From Eledone cirrhosa (taxonomy: Eukaryota), in contig OZ024742.1 of assembly GCA_964016885.1 (NCBI GenBank), positions 337,342,001 to 337,406,000 of the forward strand: 64,000 nt of DNA, given 5' to 3'. Below the pieces are notes generated by a model. That model ran no database searches. It was given only the letters and a program-made list of their open reading frames with translations, and was not told the origin of the DNA. Positions 51,386 to 62,247 of the stretch are shown here, one piece after another. How positions within the stretch are numbered: position 1 is the first letter of the stretch; each line of letters begins with the position of its first letter. A program made the translations under genes and the position numbers.

Positions 51386-52421
51386 TGAGATTTGTTTATT
51401 GAAAAAACCAACAAAGATTTAATATAATAGGTCTGTTTGGGAACAGGTTTTGAATTGACCAATAGAAAAGTAGTAAGAGGTCAAGTTGATAGAATAGTAG
51501 TAGTAGAAATTTTATTTAGGGGTAGAGGGGTGCAGACTTATGTTTTGAATAGAAAGAATACTTTGAATGAAAAGAATACTTTGGGGATGAAAAGAGGTCA
51601 AGCTGGTGAAGGGTACACGAAAATTTGATGTTATTAAAGAATAGTGTTAAAAACGAAGGAAAGTAAAATTTTAGGGTAAGTGAGAAATACCAATCTTATT
51701 TAAACCACAATGAATCTAGATCTATAACAAGAAATTAAATTAATTGATAAATATACTTATAGGGATAAATTTATATTACTTCATATGGATGTGATAAATA
51801 AGAATTAGATGTTATTAAAGAATGTTGTTAAAAACGAAGGAAAATAAAATTTTGGGATAAGGGTAGTAATTAGAAATACCAATTTTATATAAACTACAAG
51901 GAATCTAGATTCATAACAGGAAATTACATTAATTTATATGTATACTTTTAGGTATTAATTTTAGGAAAAGAGAGCTGTAAGAGGGAAATAAAATTATAAA
52001 GTTCTCTGTAGTAAAGTACTAATTATAGGTTAACTAAATTAAAAAAACTAATTATAATAATATGTAAAATATAAGTGTAAGGTGTATATTAATTAGGTTT
52101 ATAATATTTGAAAGTTCTTCTAATTCTATGATTGCAAGATATAATTAATTCTTGTCGCTTATTTAATAGGATATCCTTAGATTTCATTATTTCAAAAAGT
52201 TCCTGGGAACATAATCTACACTCATATCTGTTATTTTGATAAGGGGTGGCCCTTTTGAGCAGACTCCAGGTCAGGTTGTAATCGATATTCTTTTTTCTAT
52301 AATTATTAATTGTTTCAGCCAAGGATGTTGTATTAGCTAATGCAGCATTTTTAAAACTATGTTTATGGGTATTAAATCTTATATTAAATCTTTGGTGTTT
52401 TTTTTCAATAAACAAATCTCA

Positions 52422-52551
52422 TCATTTCTGAAGACAGCATATATATGTGAAGATATGTATATTTCCTCTGATAGTTTGTAAAATTTTTACATAGATCTAT
52501 ATGATATACATACCAACACACATATATATCCTAGAAACGATCGTAAAATGA
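52422..52551 (+). ncRNA. Minimal type-I hammerhead ribozyme motif (inverted copy)
   Basis: Stem I TCATTT(52422-27)/AAATGA(52546-51); CTGAAGA 52428-34; stem II ATATATATGTG/CACATATATAT; GAAAC 52534-38; palindromic stem III ACGATCGT; GTA triplet 52543-45. Confidence 0.65.
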
Positions 52552-52729
52552 GGAATTTTTTAATATAAGGAACTTGTTTTTTGTTTTTATTCATTGTTTT
52601 TATTAATTTATCTTAACTCTGTTTTCCTATGATTTTCATCGAACATTTTTGAATGCATCTTCTCTTTTCATGATATTTGGATTACATTGAGTTCTTCATA
52701 TGGATTGGACACTACCGTATATTTTGGTA

Positions 52730-52861
<132 letters not shown>

Positions 52862-53034
52862 TAGAGATATAAATCATTATCATCATAATCATCATCAGTA
52901 TTTAACATCTGTCTTCCTTGCTAGCAAGAAGTAGACAAGTCATCACAAACCAAGTAAATACTAAAGCGGGGCTAAGTATATATGTATGTTACATACTCTT
53001 ACAAGTGGGTATTTATATATATATATATATCTAT

Positions 53035-53196
53035 CTAAGGCGGGTAAAATTCCCGAGATCCATGGACGAGTTCTCTCCAGCGGTCTCTGTCCCTCATTAT
53101 CGCTGCCATATCCTGCATCTCCAACAGACCAGTGTCTGTCCTTAGGGCATCAACATATGTTAACCTTGGTCTTCCTCTTCTAGTGTGTCCATGTCC

Positions 53197-53197
<1 letters not shown>
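53035..53197 (-). mobile_element. Short 3' fragment of a different RTE-like LINE family, between (TA)n runs
   Basis: Minus strand translates HGHTRRGRPRLTYVDALRTDTGLLEMQDMAAIMRDRDRWRELV, a typical RTE C-terminus (GRP...DR..W). Confidence 0.75.
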
Positions 53198-53223
<26 letters not shown>

Positions 53224-53229
<6 letters not shown>

Positions 53230-53765
53230 TTGATGCTCTGAAATAGCGATATACATATGAATGTATATATAGTGTATTTTGCAATACACTGTATGCTTAA
53301 GTAAAAGCATTTCGAAGGCCTTACGCTATTGCTTTAGAGTAGTGATAGTCTCACTTACTTTAATTTTCAGCAAACAGGGGAGATAAAGCTGACAGAGCTC
53401 TGTTTCGCACTTTTTGGTGCTTATCAAAGTTAAGTACTCCGCCTGTTTGCTGAAAATCATGAATGTTTGATTCTTATAGAATTCTAGTAATAATCAGGAA
53501 CTGATTATACAGAGCGGTTGCTGGTCAAGCAGAAATTGAAAATTAGAATTGGTGCTCTGAAATAGCGATATATATATGAATTAGCTTTGATAAACACCAA
53601 AAAGTGCGAAAGAGAGCTCTGTCAGCTTTATCTCCCCTGTTTGCTGAAAATTAAAGTAAGTGAGACTGTCACTACTCTAAAACAATAGCGTAAGGTCTTC
53701 GAAATGCTTTTAATTAAGCATACAGTGTATTGCAAAATACACTGTATATATACATTCATATATAT
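53224..53765. mobile_element. Palindromic element (arms of about 180 bp, spacer of about 150 bp), probable Penelope-like derivative with hammerhead motifs
   Basis: 53250-53429 is inverted relative to 53584-53762; 38-bp direct repeat at 53224 and 53543; (TA)n flanks; hammerhead motifs at 53387-53430 (-) and 53583-53627 (+). Confidence 0.75.
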
Positions 53766-53780
53766 ATATTTATATATATA

Positions 53781-56602
53781 TCATCATCATCATCATCACC
53801 GTTTTACGTCCGTTCTTCCACGCTAGCATGGGTTAGACGGGTTGTCCTGTTGTGGGCAGTGTCTGGTCGGCTGACCATGCCTTGCTCATACAGGAACTGA
53901 TCTGGCTTGATTTCTACAGCTGGATGCCCTTCCTAACACCAACCTCATTTACAGTGAGTGCTGGGTGCTTTTTCGTGGCGCCTACACGTCCACTTTACAG
54001 TGTGGGCTGGGTGCTTTTTTTGCCGTGGCACCTCCACGACCACCTTGCGGTGGGGGGGGGGGCATATTGTTTATATGCTTCAGCATGTACCCATGGGAGG
54101 TCGGGTACCCTGTATTACTGCGTGACGCCAGAAGTCACGGTCGTGTGTCATTGACTTTGAGAGGTGTAGTTGGGTAAGGTCGGCTTTTATCACCTCATCC
54201 CAAGTCATCTTGGGTCTCCCCACTCCGCGGTTTCCATCAACTTCTAGTGCTCTGCACCTTTTTATGCAGCTGTCATCCTTCATACGCATCACATGTCCAT
54301 ACCAGCGTAACCGCCTCTCCTGCACGCAGCATTTGATTCCTCTTATGCTCAGTCTCTCTCTCAATTCATTTATGCTTTGTCGTTCACGTATATTACTGTT
54401 ACACATCCATCGGAGCATGCAGGCTTCGTTTCTCTCTAATCTACGTAAGTCTTCCACCTTCAGCGCCCAGGTCTCACTACCATGCAACATCGCTGTTCGG
54501 ATACACGCATCATACAGTCTGCCTTTCATTCTGAGGGAGAAGCCTTTTGCAGCTAGCAGTGGTAGTAGTTCCCTAAACTTCTTCCATCCCGTTCTTACCC
54601 TAGTTATTGTACTTTCTGAGCACCCACCTCCGTTGCTAATTCGGTCACCTAGGTAGCAGAAGCTGTCTACTGTTTCTACAGGGCCCTCCCAGAGATTGGT
54701 GGTACTTGTTTCCTGTGGCTGTTTGCTTGCTGTTTCAGCACAGCTGCTGCATGTGAATCCTACATTCTTAATTAAGCTTCCTGAGATCCCGCTACATCTC
54801 TTGTGTACCCATTGTTTGCATTTGGGGCAAAGAATGGAGTTCCTACCTACACCTTTCCTACATACTGAGCAAGGCCATTTCCCTGAGGGGATCTGGGTTC
54901 TGTTTTCTCGTCTACTTATAAGGACCTTAGTCTTTGTCATGTTGACTTTGAGGCCCTTTCTCTCTAGTCCCTGCTTCCAGGTTTGGAATTTATTCTCTAG
55001 TTCTACCATAGATTCAGCTATGAGTGCGAGGTCATCAGCATACAGGAGTTCCCATGGGCATCCGGTCTTAAACTCCTCCGTTATTGCCTGCAGGACTATG
55101 ATGAACAGGAGAGGGCTAAGAACAGAGCCCTGGTGGACCCCAACCTGTACGCTAAATTCCTCGCTATACTCATTGCCAATCCTAACTTTGCTGACTGCTC
55201 CCCTATACATGGCTTGTACCGCTTTCACAAGCCATTCATCTACTCCTAGTTTTCTAAGAGCCCACCAGATTACTGCACGTGGAACTCTGTCAAAGGCTTT
55301 CTCAAGGTCGACAAATACCAAGTAGAGTGGCTTACTTTTAGCTAGGTACTTTTCCTGTAATTGCCTCACAAGGAAGAGCGCATCAGTGGTGCCTTTCCCT
55401 GGAACAAACCCAAATTGCATCTCGTCTATATTCACCCGGTCCCTAATCAGCTGTGCTATAACTCTTTCTGTTACTTTCATGACCTGGTCCATCAACTTTA
55501 TACCTCTATAGTTTCCTCTATCTAGTGCATCGCCTTTACCTTTGTAGCAGTTGACAATGATGCTACTGCACCAATCTTTTGGTATGGCCCCCTCTAGTAT
55601 TACCTGGTTAACGATACGTGTGGTTATAGTGTGACCTACAGACCCAGATGCCTTCAGCATCTCGGCAGCTACACCCGATGGACCGGTTGCCTTCCCTATC
55701 TTCATATCTCTGATTGCCTTACTTACTACGCTGCCGCTGACTTGTACTGCTGGTCCCTCTATAGGGTCTACGTGGGGTAGGGTCTCTTCTTCCCATGCAT
55801 TCTCCTCATTTAGTAATCTATCATAATGACTCTTCCATGCATCTTTCTTCTCAGCACTTGTGAGGGCAAGCTCACCTTTATCATTCCGGATACACTTCTC
55901 TCCAATGACATCACAACTATCTCTGACACACTGCCTCGCAATCTTGAATACCTCCTGTTTCTGGTCCTCACGTTGTAAAACATGCTTGAATTTTCTATCC
56001 TCTGCTTCCCTCCTAGCTAAGTATACTTGTCGCCTAGCTTCCCTCTTGGTCTCTATGTAATGTACCCTGCTCCCCCCGTTCTTCCATTCTTTCCATGCCT
56101 GTCTCTTGGCCTTGACTGCTTCATCTACCTTATTGTTCCACCACCAAGTCACTCTCCTCCTGCTTGAGGTCTTACTCCAGCCACAAACCTCATCCGTCGC
56201 CTCTAGTAAGTTATTTTTTAGGAACTCCCAGTTCTCTTCTACGTTAAATGTCTCTATCTGTTCTTCTTTACTGTCGTAGGCGTTGAGTAAAATATCTTTA
56301 AATCTGTTACTGGTTGAGGGGACTTTCAGCTTCCAGATCTTTCTTCTCCAGGTTGGCCTCTGTTTCAGGGCTCGTCTAGTTCTGACCGTGAGGTCGCTGA
56401 CAACTAAGCTATGTTGGGATGTACATTCCTCACTAGGGAAGGCTTTTGTGTTTACGACCGTCCATCTGTCACGTCCTCTGATGAGAATAAAATCTAACTG
56501 ACTAGAGTGCTCCCCTGATCTATAGGTGATCAGGTGGTTGTCGGGTTTTTTAAAGTTTGTGTTACATATCGACATGTCATTGGCGTCGCAGAATTCTAGA
56601 AG
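53781..56602 (-). mobile_element. RTE-clade LINE, 5'-truncated within the APE endonuclease, inserted in (TA)n
   Basis: (GAT)n tail at 53781-53798, 3'UTR of about 280 bp, uninterrupted ORF; (TA)-rich runs at 53759-53780 and 56604-56685. Confidence 0.97.
54080..56575 (-). CDS. RTE ORF (831 aa): endonuclease C-terminus, reverse transcriptase, internal PHD-type finger
   Basis: SQLDFIL/SQHSLV (APE end), KGDALDRGNYRGI, QFGF, FVDLEKAFD, GVHQGSVLSP, LLYADD, FCYLG, RRLRWYGHV. Confidence 0.95.
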   Translation of the reverse strand: MSICNTNFKKPDNHLITYRSGEHSSQLDFILIRGRDRWTVVNTKAFPSEECTSQHSLVVSDLTVRTRRALKQRPTWRRKIWKLKVPSTSNRFKDILLNAYDSKEEQIETFNVEENWEFLKNNLLEATDEVCGWSKTSSRRRVTWWWNNKVDEAVKAKRQAWKEWKNGGSRVHYIETKREARRQVYLARREAEDRKFKHVLQREDQKQEVFKIARQCVRDSCDVIGEKCIRNDKGELALTSAEKKDAWKSHYDRLLNEENAWEEETLPHVDPIEGPAVQVSGSVVSKAIRDMKIGKATGPSGVAAEMLKASGSVGHTITTRIVNQVILEGAIPKDWCSSIIVNCYKGKGDALDRGNYRGIKLMDQVMKVTERVIAQLIRDRVNIDEMQFGFVPGKGTTDALFLVRQLQEKYLAKSKPLYLVFVDLEKAFDRVPRAVIWWALRKLGVDEWLVKAVQAMYRGAVSKVRIGNEYSEEFSVQVGVHQGSVLSPLLFIIVLQAITEEFKTGCPWELLYADDLALIAESMVELENKFQTWKQGLERKGLKVNMTKTKVLISRRENRTQIPSGKWPCSVCRKGVGRNSILCPKCKQWVHKRCSGISGSLIKNVGFTCSSCAETASKQPQETSTTNLWEGPVETVDSFCYLGDRISNGGGCSESTITRVRTGWKKFRELLPLLAAKGFSLRMKGRLYDACIRTAMLHGSETWALKVEDLRRLERNEACMLRWMCNSNIRERQSINELRERLSIRGIKCCVQERRLRWYGHVMRMKDDSCIKRCRALEVDGNRGVGRPKMTWDEVIKADLTQLHLSKSMTHDRDFWRHAVIQGTRPPMGTC

Positions 56603-56611
56603 TAAATATAA

Positions 56612-56649
<38 letters not shown>

Positions 56650-56685
56650 GAATGTATATATATATATATATATATATACTATATA

Positions 56686-59600
56686 TGCTCTTTCAACAAA
56701 CTTGGAACCCTACTATAACATCTTCATAATACATATAGGTATTGCAAACACAAGGTTCTAAAAACCTTTGCTAAGTACAAACCACTACCTCCCTATGGGC
56801 AACTGACACTGCACACCAGGTCCGAACACGGAAGAGCTGAACTCCCACTGTCATCGCCTCTATCTCTCTGTATTATGAGCAAATGGGATCCCACATGTTG
56901 GCCGCCTCACGACCCCGGCGGACAGAATGGAGAAGGCGTTTCCCTGGAGGATGGTAAGGGAGATGCGCTGGGAGAGCCATTCCATCTCGCGAGGCTCACA
57001 CCTGCAGCTAGCCAGCTCAGCACATATGGTGGTGAGTAGGGAGGTAACCCTAGGGCCAAGGACACCAGAAGTCTCCACAGCCAAGGGCACAACCGCAATC
57101 CTGTTGGAGAGCTTGGCCTCCTCAGCTCAACATGCAGCAGAACCTGGGTTAACCGCAGACTGCATCAGGTTGAAACTGCATCAGGGAGAAAGTGGCATCC
57201 CATATGAGGGGTTTGCCACCACAGAACAAGAAGATAGTCATATTCTCTGGCCTTTTGCCATCTTCTTGGTCCAGCCCCACCGGCTCGAACTGAGAGGGGA
57301 GGCCTGCAGCATCCAAGCCATGCTTTATGACCTTATTGAGGGTGGCATGGCATGGAAGGCAGCATAGCGTGGAAGGCAGCTGGCACTGTAGCGACAGGGA
57401 AGTAGGTGGAGGCCAAAGGAGTCCACGGTGGATCTGCAGAGAGATTTGTGTGGCTTGCAGATCCGGAGGCCAAGCCTCAGGGAAACCCGGATGTGCAAGC
57501 TATCGTTGTCCAGCTCCGAAGGAAGGTAAGGCATGGAGCCAGGCATCGCTGTGGGATTGTGAGGCCAAGCAAAAACATGCAAGGCAGTGCTGGTCAAGCT
57601 GGTGCGCCAGCCTCTCTGAGGCCAGGTTGCACTGGGGGGGACTTGATGTCAGCAGGGAGAGAAGGAGGAGGGCTGTCTACTGGGCTAAGTCCAAGCTGGT
57701 TCCATGTCTTGCAGGCGGTCTCATGTTCCTTGATCACAGTGGGTTCCATTGTGTTTAGAGAATCCTGCTGATGAGGACGAGGCATGAGGTTACCAATGAA
57801 AGAAACACCGGCAAAGCCAGCGAGATCGGGGATCGGAGGCCAAGGCCACCATATCTAACAGGTAAGGTAGCCTGTTGCCATCCAATGTTATCAAACCTGA
57901 CGTTGCATATTTCCTCAGCTGCTGCACGGGTACAACTGTCAAGGTCAGCAAGGAGAGATATGTGGCTGTACCACAGAGTGCTGCAAAGGGTATAGAGAAT
58001 CTTTGGCATGGCGAAGCAGTTCCTCAACAGGAAGAGGGCTGGGTGGGCATCAATCATGCCCAGTTGGCTTGTGAGGGTCCTGAGTTGCTGGAGCCTGGAC
58101 CGGATGGTGGAGCGGATCGGTGACCCGAGGATGAGAACATCCTCTTTGGGGGTCACCTATACCTGGAGGAGAATGGACCACATGTCCAAGACGGAGACTG
58201 CAAAGCTCTCAGCATCATGGTTGACATTTACCACCTCTGACTTGGACAAGTTGACCTGGAGGCCAATTCCTGCCAAGGCAGGAACCATTGATTGTAAGTC
58301 ATGGCAGACAGTCTGTACAGGCCTGCCCAACGTTGCATCATCCAGGTACCAAACGTTGAGAGAGACCGTGATACTCCGGGCAATATGGTATATACAAAAG
58401 GCAAATAAGAGGGGGTCTAAAGGGTCACCCTGTTGGACTCCAGTGGCTAAAGGTATGACCATATCGGCAGGAAGGAGTATGCTCGGGCTTCCATATCACA
58501 GGTAGGCCAGCGGGTAGGCAGAAGGGGCTCAGCTGAGGCAGGCATCCAGCAGATGGTCCCAGCGTAGGCAGTTGAAGGCATTCCTCATGTCAAGCTTGAC
58601 AATGAGGTGCCTGTAGTCCATGCATGCCAGTTCTGGTGGGCAGCTGTTGAAGAACTGCCTGGCTGCATGTGCGACCCCCTCACAGCCACCAGACACGCTG
58701 ACACTCAATTGCACCAGACTGAGCTCCTCACCCAGTTCAGGTATGATGGACCTGCAGACCACCTTAGCAGACAGCCTCCGGAAGACATTGCCCACAATGA
58801 TGGAGCGTATGCCACCCTCTTTCTTCCTGAGAGCAGTCAGACTAACTGAAAAAAAGACGCCTCGGGCTTAATGGTTCAGGGTGTCAGGGATGAGCCTATT
58901 CGTGAGTGCCACAATTGCACTCAGAAGGCAGAGCCTGCCCTCAGCAGAGAGGGGGAAAAACAACTCCTTGAGGTGGCCAGGTCGGAGACCGTCAGTACCT
59001 CCACTGCTGCTGGCTGGGAAGGACTTGATGGCAGACATGATGTCTGCATCGGAAGCCACAAGGAGCAAGTGAGGATCAGGTGGAGGTATGTGTCTAAGAT
59101 CCGCGATGGGTTGGAGGACAGTGTCTGCCGAGGCAAGCGCTCTGACTGCAGCCAAGACATCACCCATGATTAGTTTGGTGTTTTAGTGGTCACGTAAATT
59201 CTTTGCGCTGGCTTCAAGGGTGGAGGATTGAAAACACCTGAGAGCAGAGGGTGTGGCGTCCTTCGGCACACTTGTGTTGGGCACTTGCACAAAGGTCAAA
59301 ACATTGGCCTTGACAAAAGCTGCGGTCGACAGGCCATCTTGGTCAGCGCCAGGGTTGGGGAGACCGAGTGCAAGTAGCGCAAAATAAAAAAGGTGCTCCC
59401 AGTTGCTGGATCGATTATAGTCCAAGGCCCTCTTAATTGAGGAAGCGAGGGCATTGGCCAGCAGCAGCAGCCGGGCTGCTCTCAGGATCTTGAGCGGAAT
59501 CTTCTGGAGCCACCTGAACTGAGCGATGTTGACCAGCGAGGCTTGAGCATCAGTCAAGCTCACTGTCTCATCTGGTGGTGTGGCAGACGGCAATTTATCG
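56686..59600 (-). mobile_element. Decayed CRE-clade (RLE-type) non-LTR retrotransposon, RT plus RLE, 3' end abutting (TA)n
   Basis: Frameshifted pieces: DGLRPGHLKEL, GNVFRRLSAK, KLDMRNAFN, GVQQGDPL, WYLDDATL, QATLPVRYGGLG, LRLGL..GLHLLPC, PLAVETSG, QRISLTILQGN. Confidence 0.9.
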
Positions 59601-59696
59601 ATTTATTTAGACGGTTGTCTGTAATGTTTTGTTTTAATTTAATGTAGATTACAGTGAGCCTTTGGTTGTACTTGCAGACACTTGGATATAAATAAT

Positions 59697-59878
59697 TGTT
59701 TCTACTTTTGGCACAAGGCCAGCAATTACCCAGTGCATTACTGGTACTTTATTTTATCGACCCTGTAAGGATGAAAGGCAAAGTTAACCTCGGCGGGATT
59801 TGAACTCAGAATGGCAAGGGCCGTAACTCTATGCGTCAAAGCATGGCGTTCGACCCTCTACCGATACTGCCAATCCAT
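59697..59878 (-). mobile_element. tRNA-derived SINE with 20-bp target-site duplication
   Basis: Minus-strand A box TGGCAGTATCGG and B box GAGTTCAAATCC; direct repeat GACA(C/T)TTGGATATAAATAAT at 59677-59696 and 59879-59898. Confidence 0.87.
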
Positions 59879-60124
59879 GACATTTGGATATAAATAATGT
59901 AGTTGGATATAATGTTTTCTGGGTCAGGTGAATATGTGTTAGTGCAGAACATGTGGCTTTAGTGAAAGAATCTTGGTTACAGAAAATAACAAATGGTCAA
60001 ACCAGTTTCAAACTGATTCTATTCTGATTTTTATTTACATATATACTCACTCGTAAGAGTTTACACATACATATACATATAGCATGGGAAATGGACGATA
60101 AACGATGATGATGATGATATATAT

Positions 60125-60240
60125 GGGATCTAGCCAGATCAATTGGAGATGGTTGCTTCTGACAGGACCCTCTGGAAGGAGTGTTTGAGGGCTATGCCCC
60201 CCCCCCCCCACAAACCTCTCTCAAGAAGAAGAAGAAGATA
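60125..60240 (+). mobile_element. Short RTE-like 3' fragment with (GAA)n tail
   Basis: Homologous to 49000-49075; encodes a DRTLWKECLR motif. Confidence 0.55.
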
Positions 60241-60539
60241 TACACTTTCATATATTTTCTTCACTATTATCTAACTTATTTATTCTGTTATCTACCTAAA
60301 TGTTTTCCTTCTATCCATCCTACTTACTCATCTACAAAAAATCTGATACATTGTTTCAGAGGCTAGATAGCACAATAGATGTGCACTTTAGAGGCTGATG
60401 GTATGGAATTGCATAACTGCCATCAATAAGTCTACACATCAATAATTTTGCTCTCTGAAACAATTATAAAACATTGGATTAATTAACTACTTCACCTTGC
60501 TTTTCTTATTATTTCATTGTTCAAGATTATATGTATATA

Positions 60540-60890
60540 TCATCATATTATCACTATTTAACGTCCATTTTCCACACTAGCATGGGTTAGACAAGCTGTC
60601 CCATTGTGAGGCAAGACAGGTCAGATGACCTTGTTTTGCTCATACAGAACTGATTTGGCCTTGGTTTTTATAGCTGGATGCCCTTCCTAACATCTACATT
60701 TACAGTGAGTACTGTGTGCTGTTTGTCATGATACCTACATGACCACCCTACAGTATATACTGGGTGCTTTTTATGATGACTCCTACATGGCCACATTACA
60801 GTGTGTGCTGGGTACTTTTTGTTGTGATACCTACATGGCCACCTTACAATGTGTACTGGGTGCTTGTTTGTCATGACACCTATACGATCT
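60540..60890 (-). mobile_element. RTE 3'UTR-derived fragment with about 4 tandem sub-repeats of about 48 bp
   Basis: CTAGCATGGGTTAGAC...AGCTGGATGCCCTTCCTAACA matches 49634-49750; the TTACAGTG.G..CTGGGTGC..CCTACA unit occurs 4 times, versus twice in the LINE UTR. Confidence 0.8.
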
Positions 60891-61959
60891 GACATACACA
60901 CATGCACACACACGTGCGCACGCGCACACACACACACACACACATATTTACTAGTGTAGATACAAACTTTTACAAGTGGGAATATATACTTTTACAAATT
61001 GATATACACTTGTATGAAATATGATTATATATACATTTGCGATATACTAAATAATGAAATATATGCCCAATGAAAGTATTTTAAAAGAAACTGAATTATC
61101 GAGTTTAAATTGAAAATTGTGGCAGAAACTAACAAAAGCAAAATATAATAAAGAATAACAAAATTGAAATATAATCCACTTACTTGTGAGTTTGTTGCAG
61201 TCTTTAGTGTATAATTTATCAAAACTGGTCTTACCATAAATTGTATATTATATAATTTATCAAAACTGGGTTTACTGAAAATTGTGTAGAAAATAATCTA
61301 TCAAATTAAGAATGAATTGCTATATTTTGTGTGATATCAGAATTACTTTCTTAGAACTAGAGTTACTTTAGATGTAAATATTATGAATAACTTTCAAATA
61401 CAAACCAATGCATTAAACTAATTATTCAGCATACTCGCCTTTTCCATACCTGTTCAGGTGTTTCATATAACAGAAATCATCTGTTAATTGCCTATATGCA
61501 TATTGGAAGACAATGCTGCAATTGGTGCAGTGAATGAAGTGTAGTTGATTGGTTGAAAGTTTGAAAGTATGTGACCTTGTGTCACTCTTCATTTGATAAA
61601 AGTGTCATGTCATCTGAATGGAGATGAGCCAAGAAGAGTAGAGAAAGTTTAATGATATATTTGGAAATATAACAAACACACAAAATAAAACAAAACAATG
61701 GAAAAAAAAAAGAATTTCAAGAAAACGCGAAAATGTTGACTGGACAACAAATGACTGCCTGCGGCAGGGACCGAGATAATGAAGACTGTCTAATTAGAAA
61801 CCTTCACATTATTATAGAGAGATATGCTCTTTATTATCTACTAGCACAATACCCGGGCATTGCTGGGAAATAGATGGATCAGTTGGTTAAATCTTTCTTG
61901 GACAAGAATCCCGGCAATAATGTATAAATTGTATTATTTTATTATTTGAAACACAAGGC

Positions 61960-62247
61960 ACATGGCTTAGTGGTTAGAGCATAGGCCTTGCAATCGAAAG
62001 GTTGTGAGTTCAATTCTCAGACCGGGTGATGTGTTGTTTCCTTGAGCAAGACACTTTATTTCACATTGCTCCAGTTTACTCAGCTGTAGAAATGAGATGA
62101 TAGGGAGTGGGGTCCATATCATTCCACTGCAAAGTGGAATGATATGGACCCCACCCCTATCATTCCACTGCAAAGTGGTTGTGGAGGTGCCACGGCAAAA
62201 AAGCACTCAGCACTCACTGTAAATGAGGTTGGTGTTAGGAAGGGCAA
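61960..62247 (+). mobile_element. tRNA-headed SINE with an internal hairpin and an RTE-derived tail segment
   Basis: A box TGGCTTAGTGG, B box GAGTTCAATTC, body CCTTGAGCAAGACACTT; 62165-62246 matches the reverse complement of the RTE 3'UTR at 49737-49868. Confidence 0.8.

Larger units (their letters stand above)
51204..52665 (-). mobile_element. 5'-truncated Penelope-like retroelement: GIY-YIG endonuclease C-terminal half, 3'UTR and inverted terminal repeats of about 200 bp
   Basis: ORF 52089-52390 RFNIRFNTHKHSF..TSLA..YNLTWSLLKRATPY..CRLCSQE..LLNKRQELIISCNH fits a PLE-type GIY-YIG tail; inverted repeats 51204-51407 and 52400-52601; internal direct duplication of about 181 bp (51627/51808). 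Confidence 0.8.

Noticed and set aside
61170-61470. Candidate 5'UTR exon donors of the vWA gene (minus-strand CAA|GTAAGT near 61183; CAG|GTATGG near 61450)
   Set aside because: Donor-like hexamers alone are insufficient without transcript data.
61963-62035. tRNA gene
   Set aside because: A and B boxes are present, but there is no proper acceptor stem and it runs into a SINE body; treated as a SINE head.
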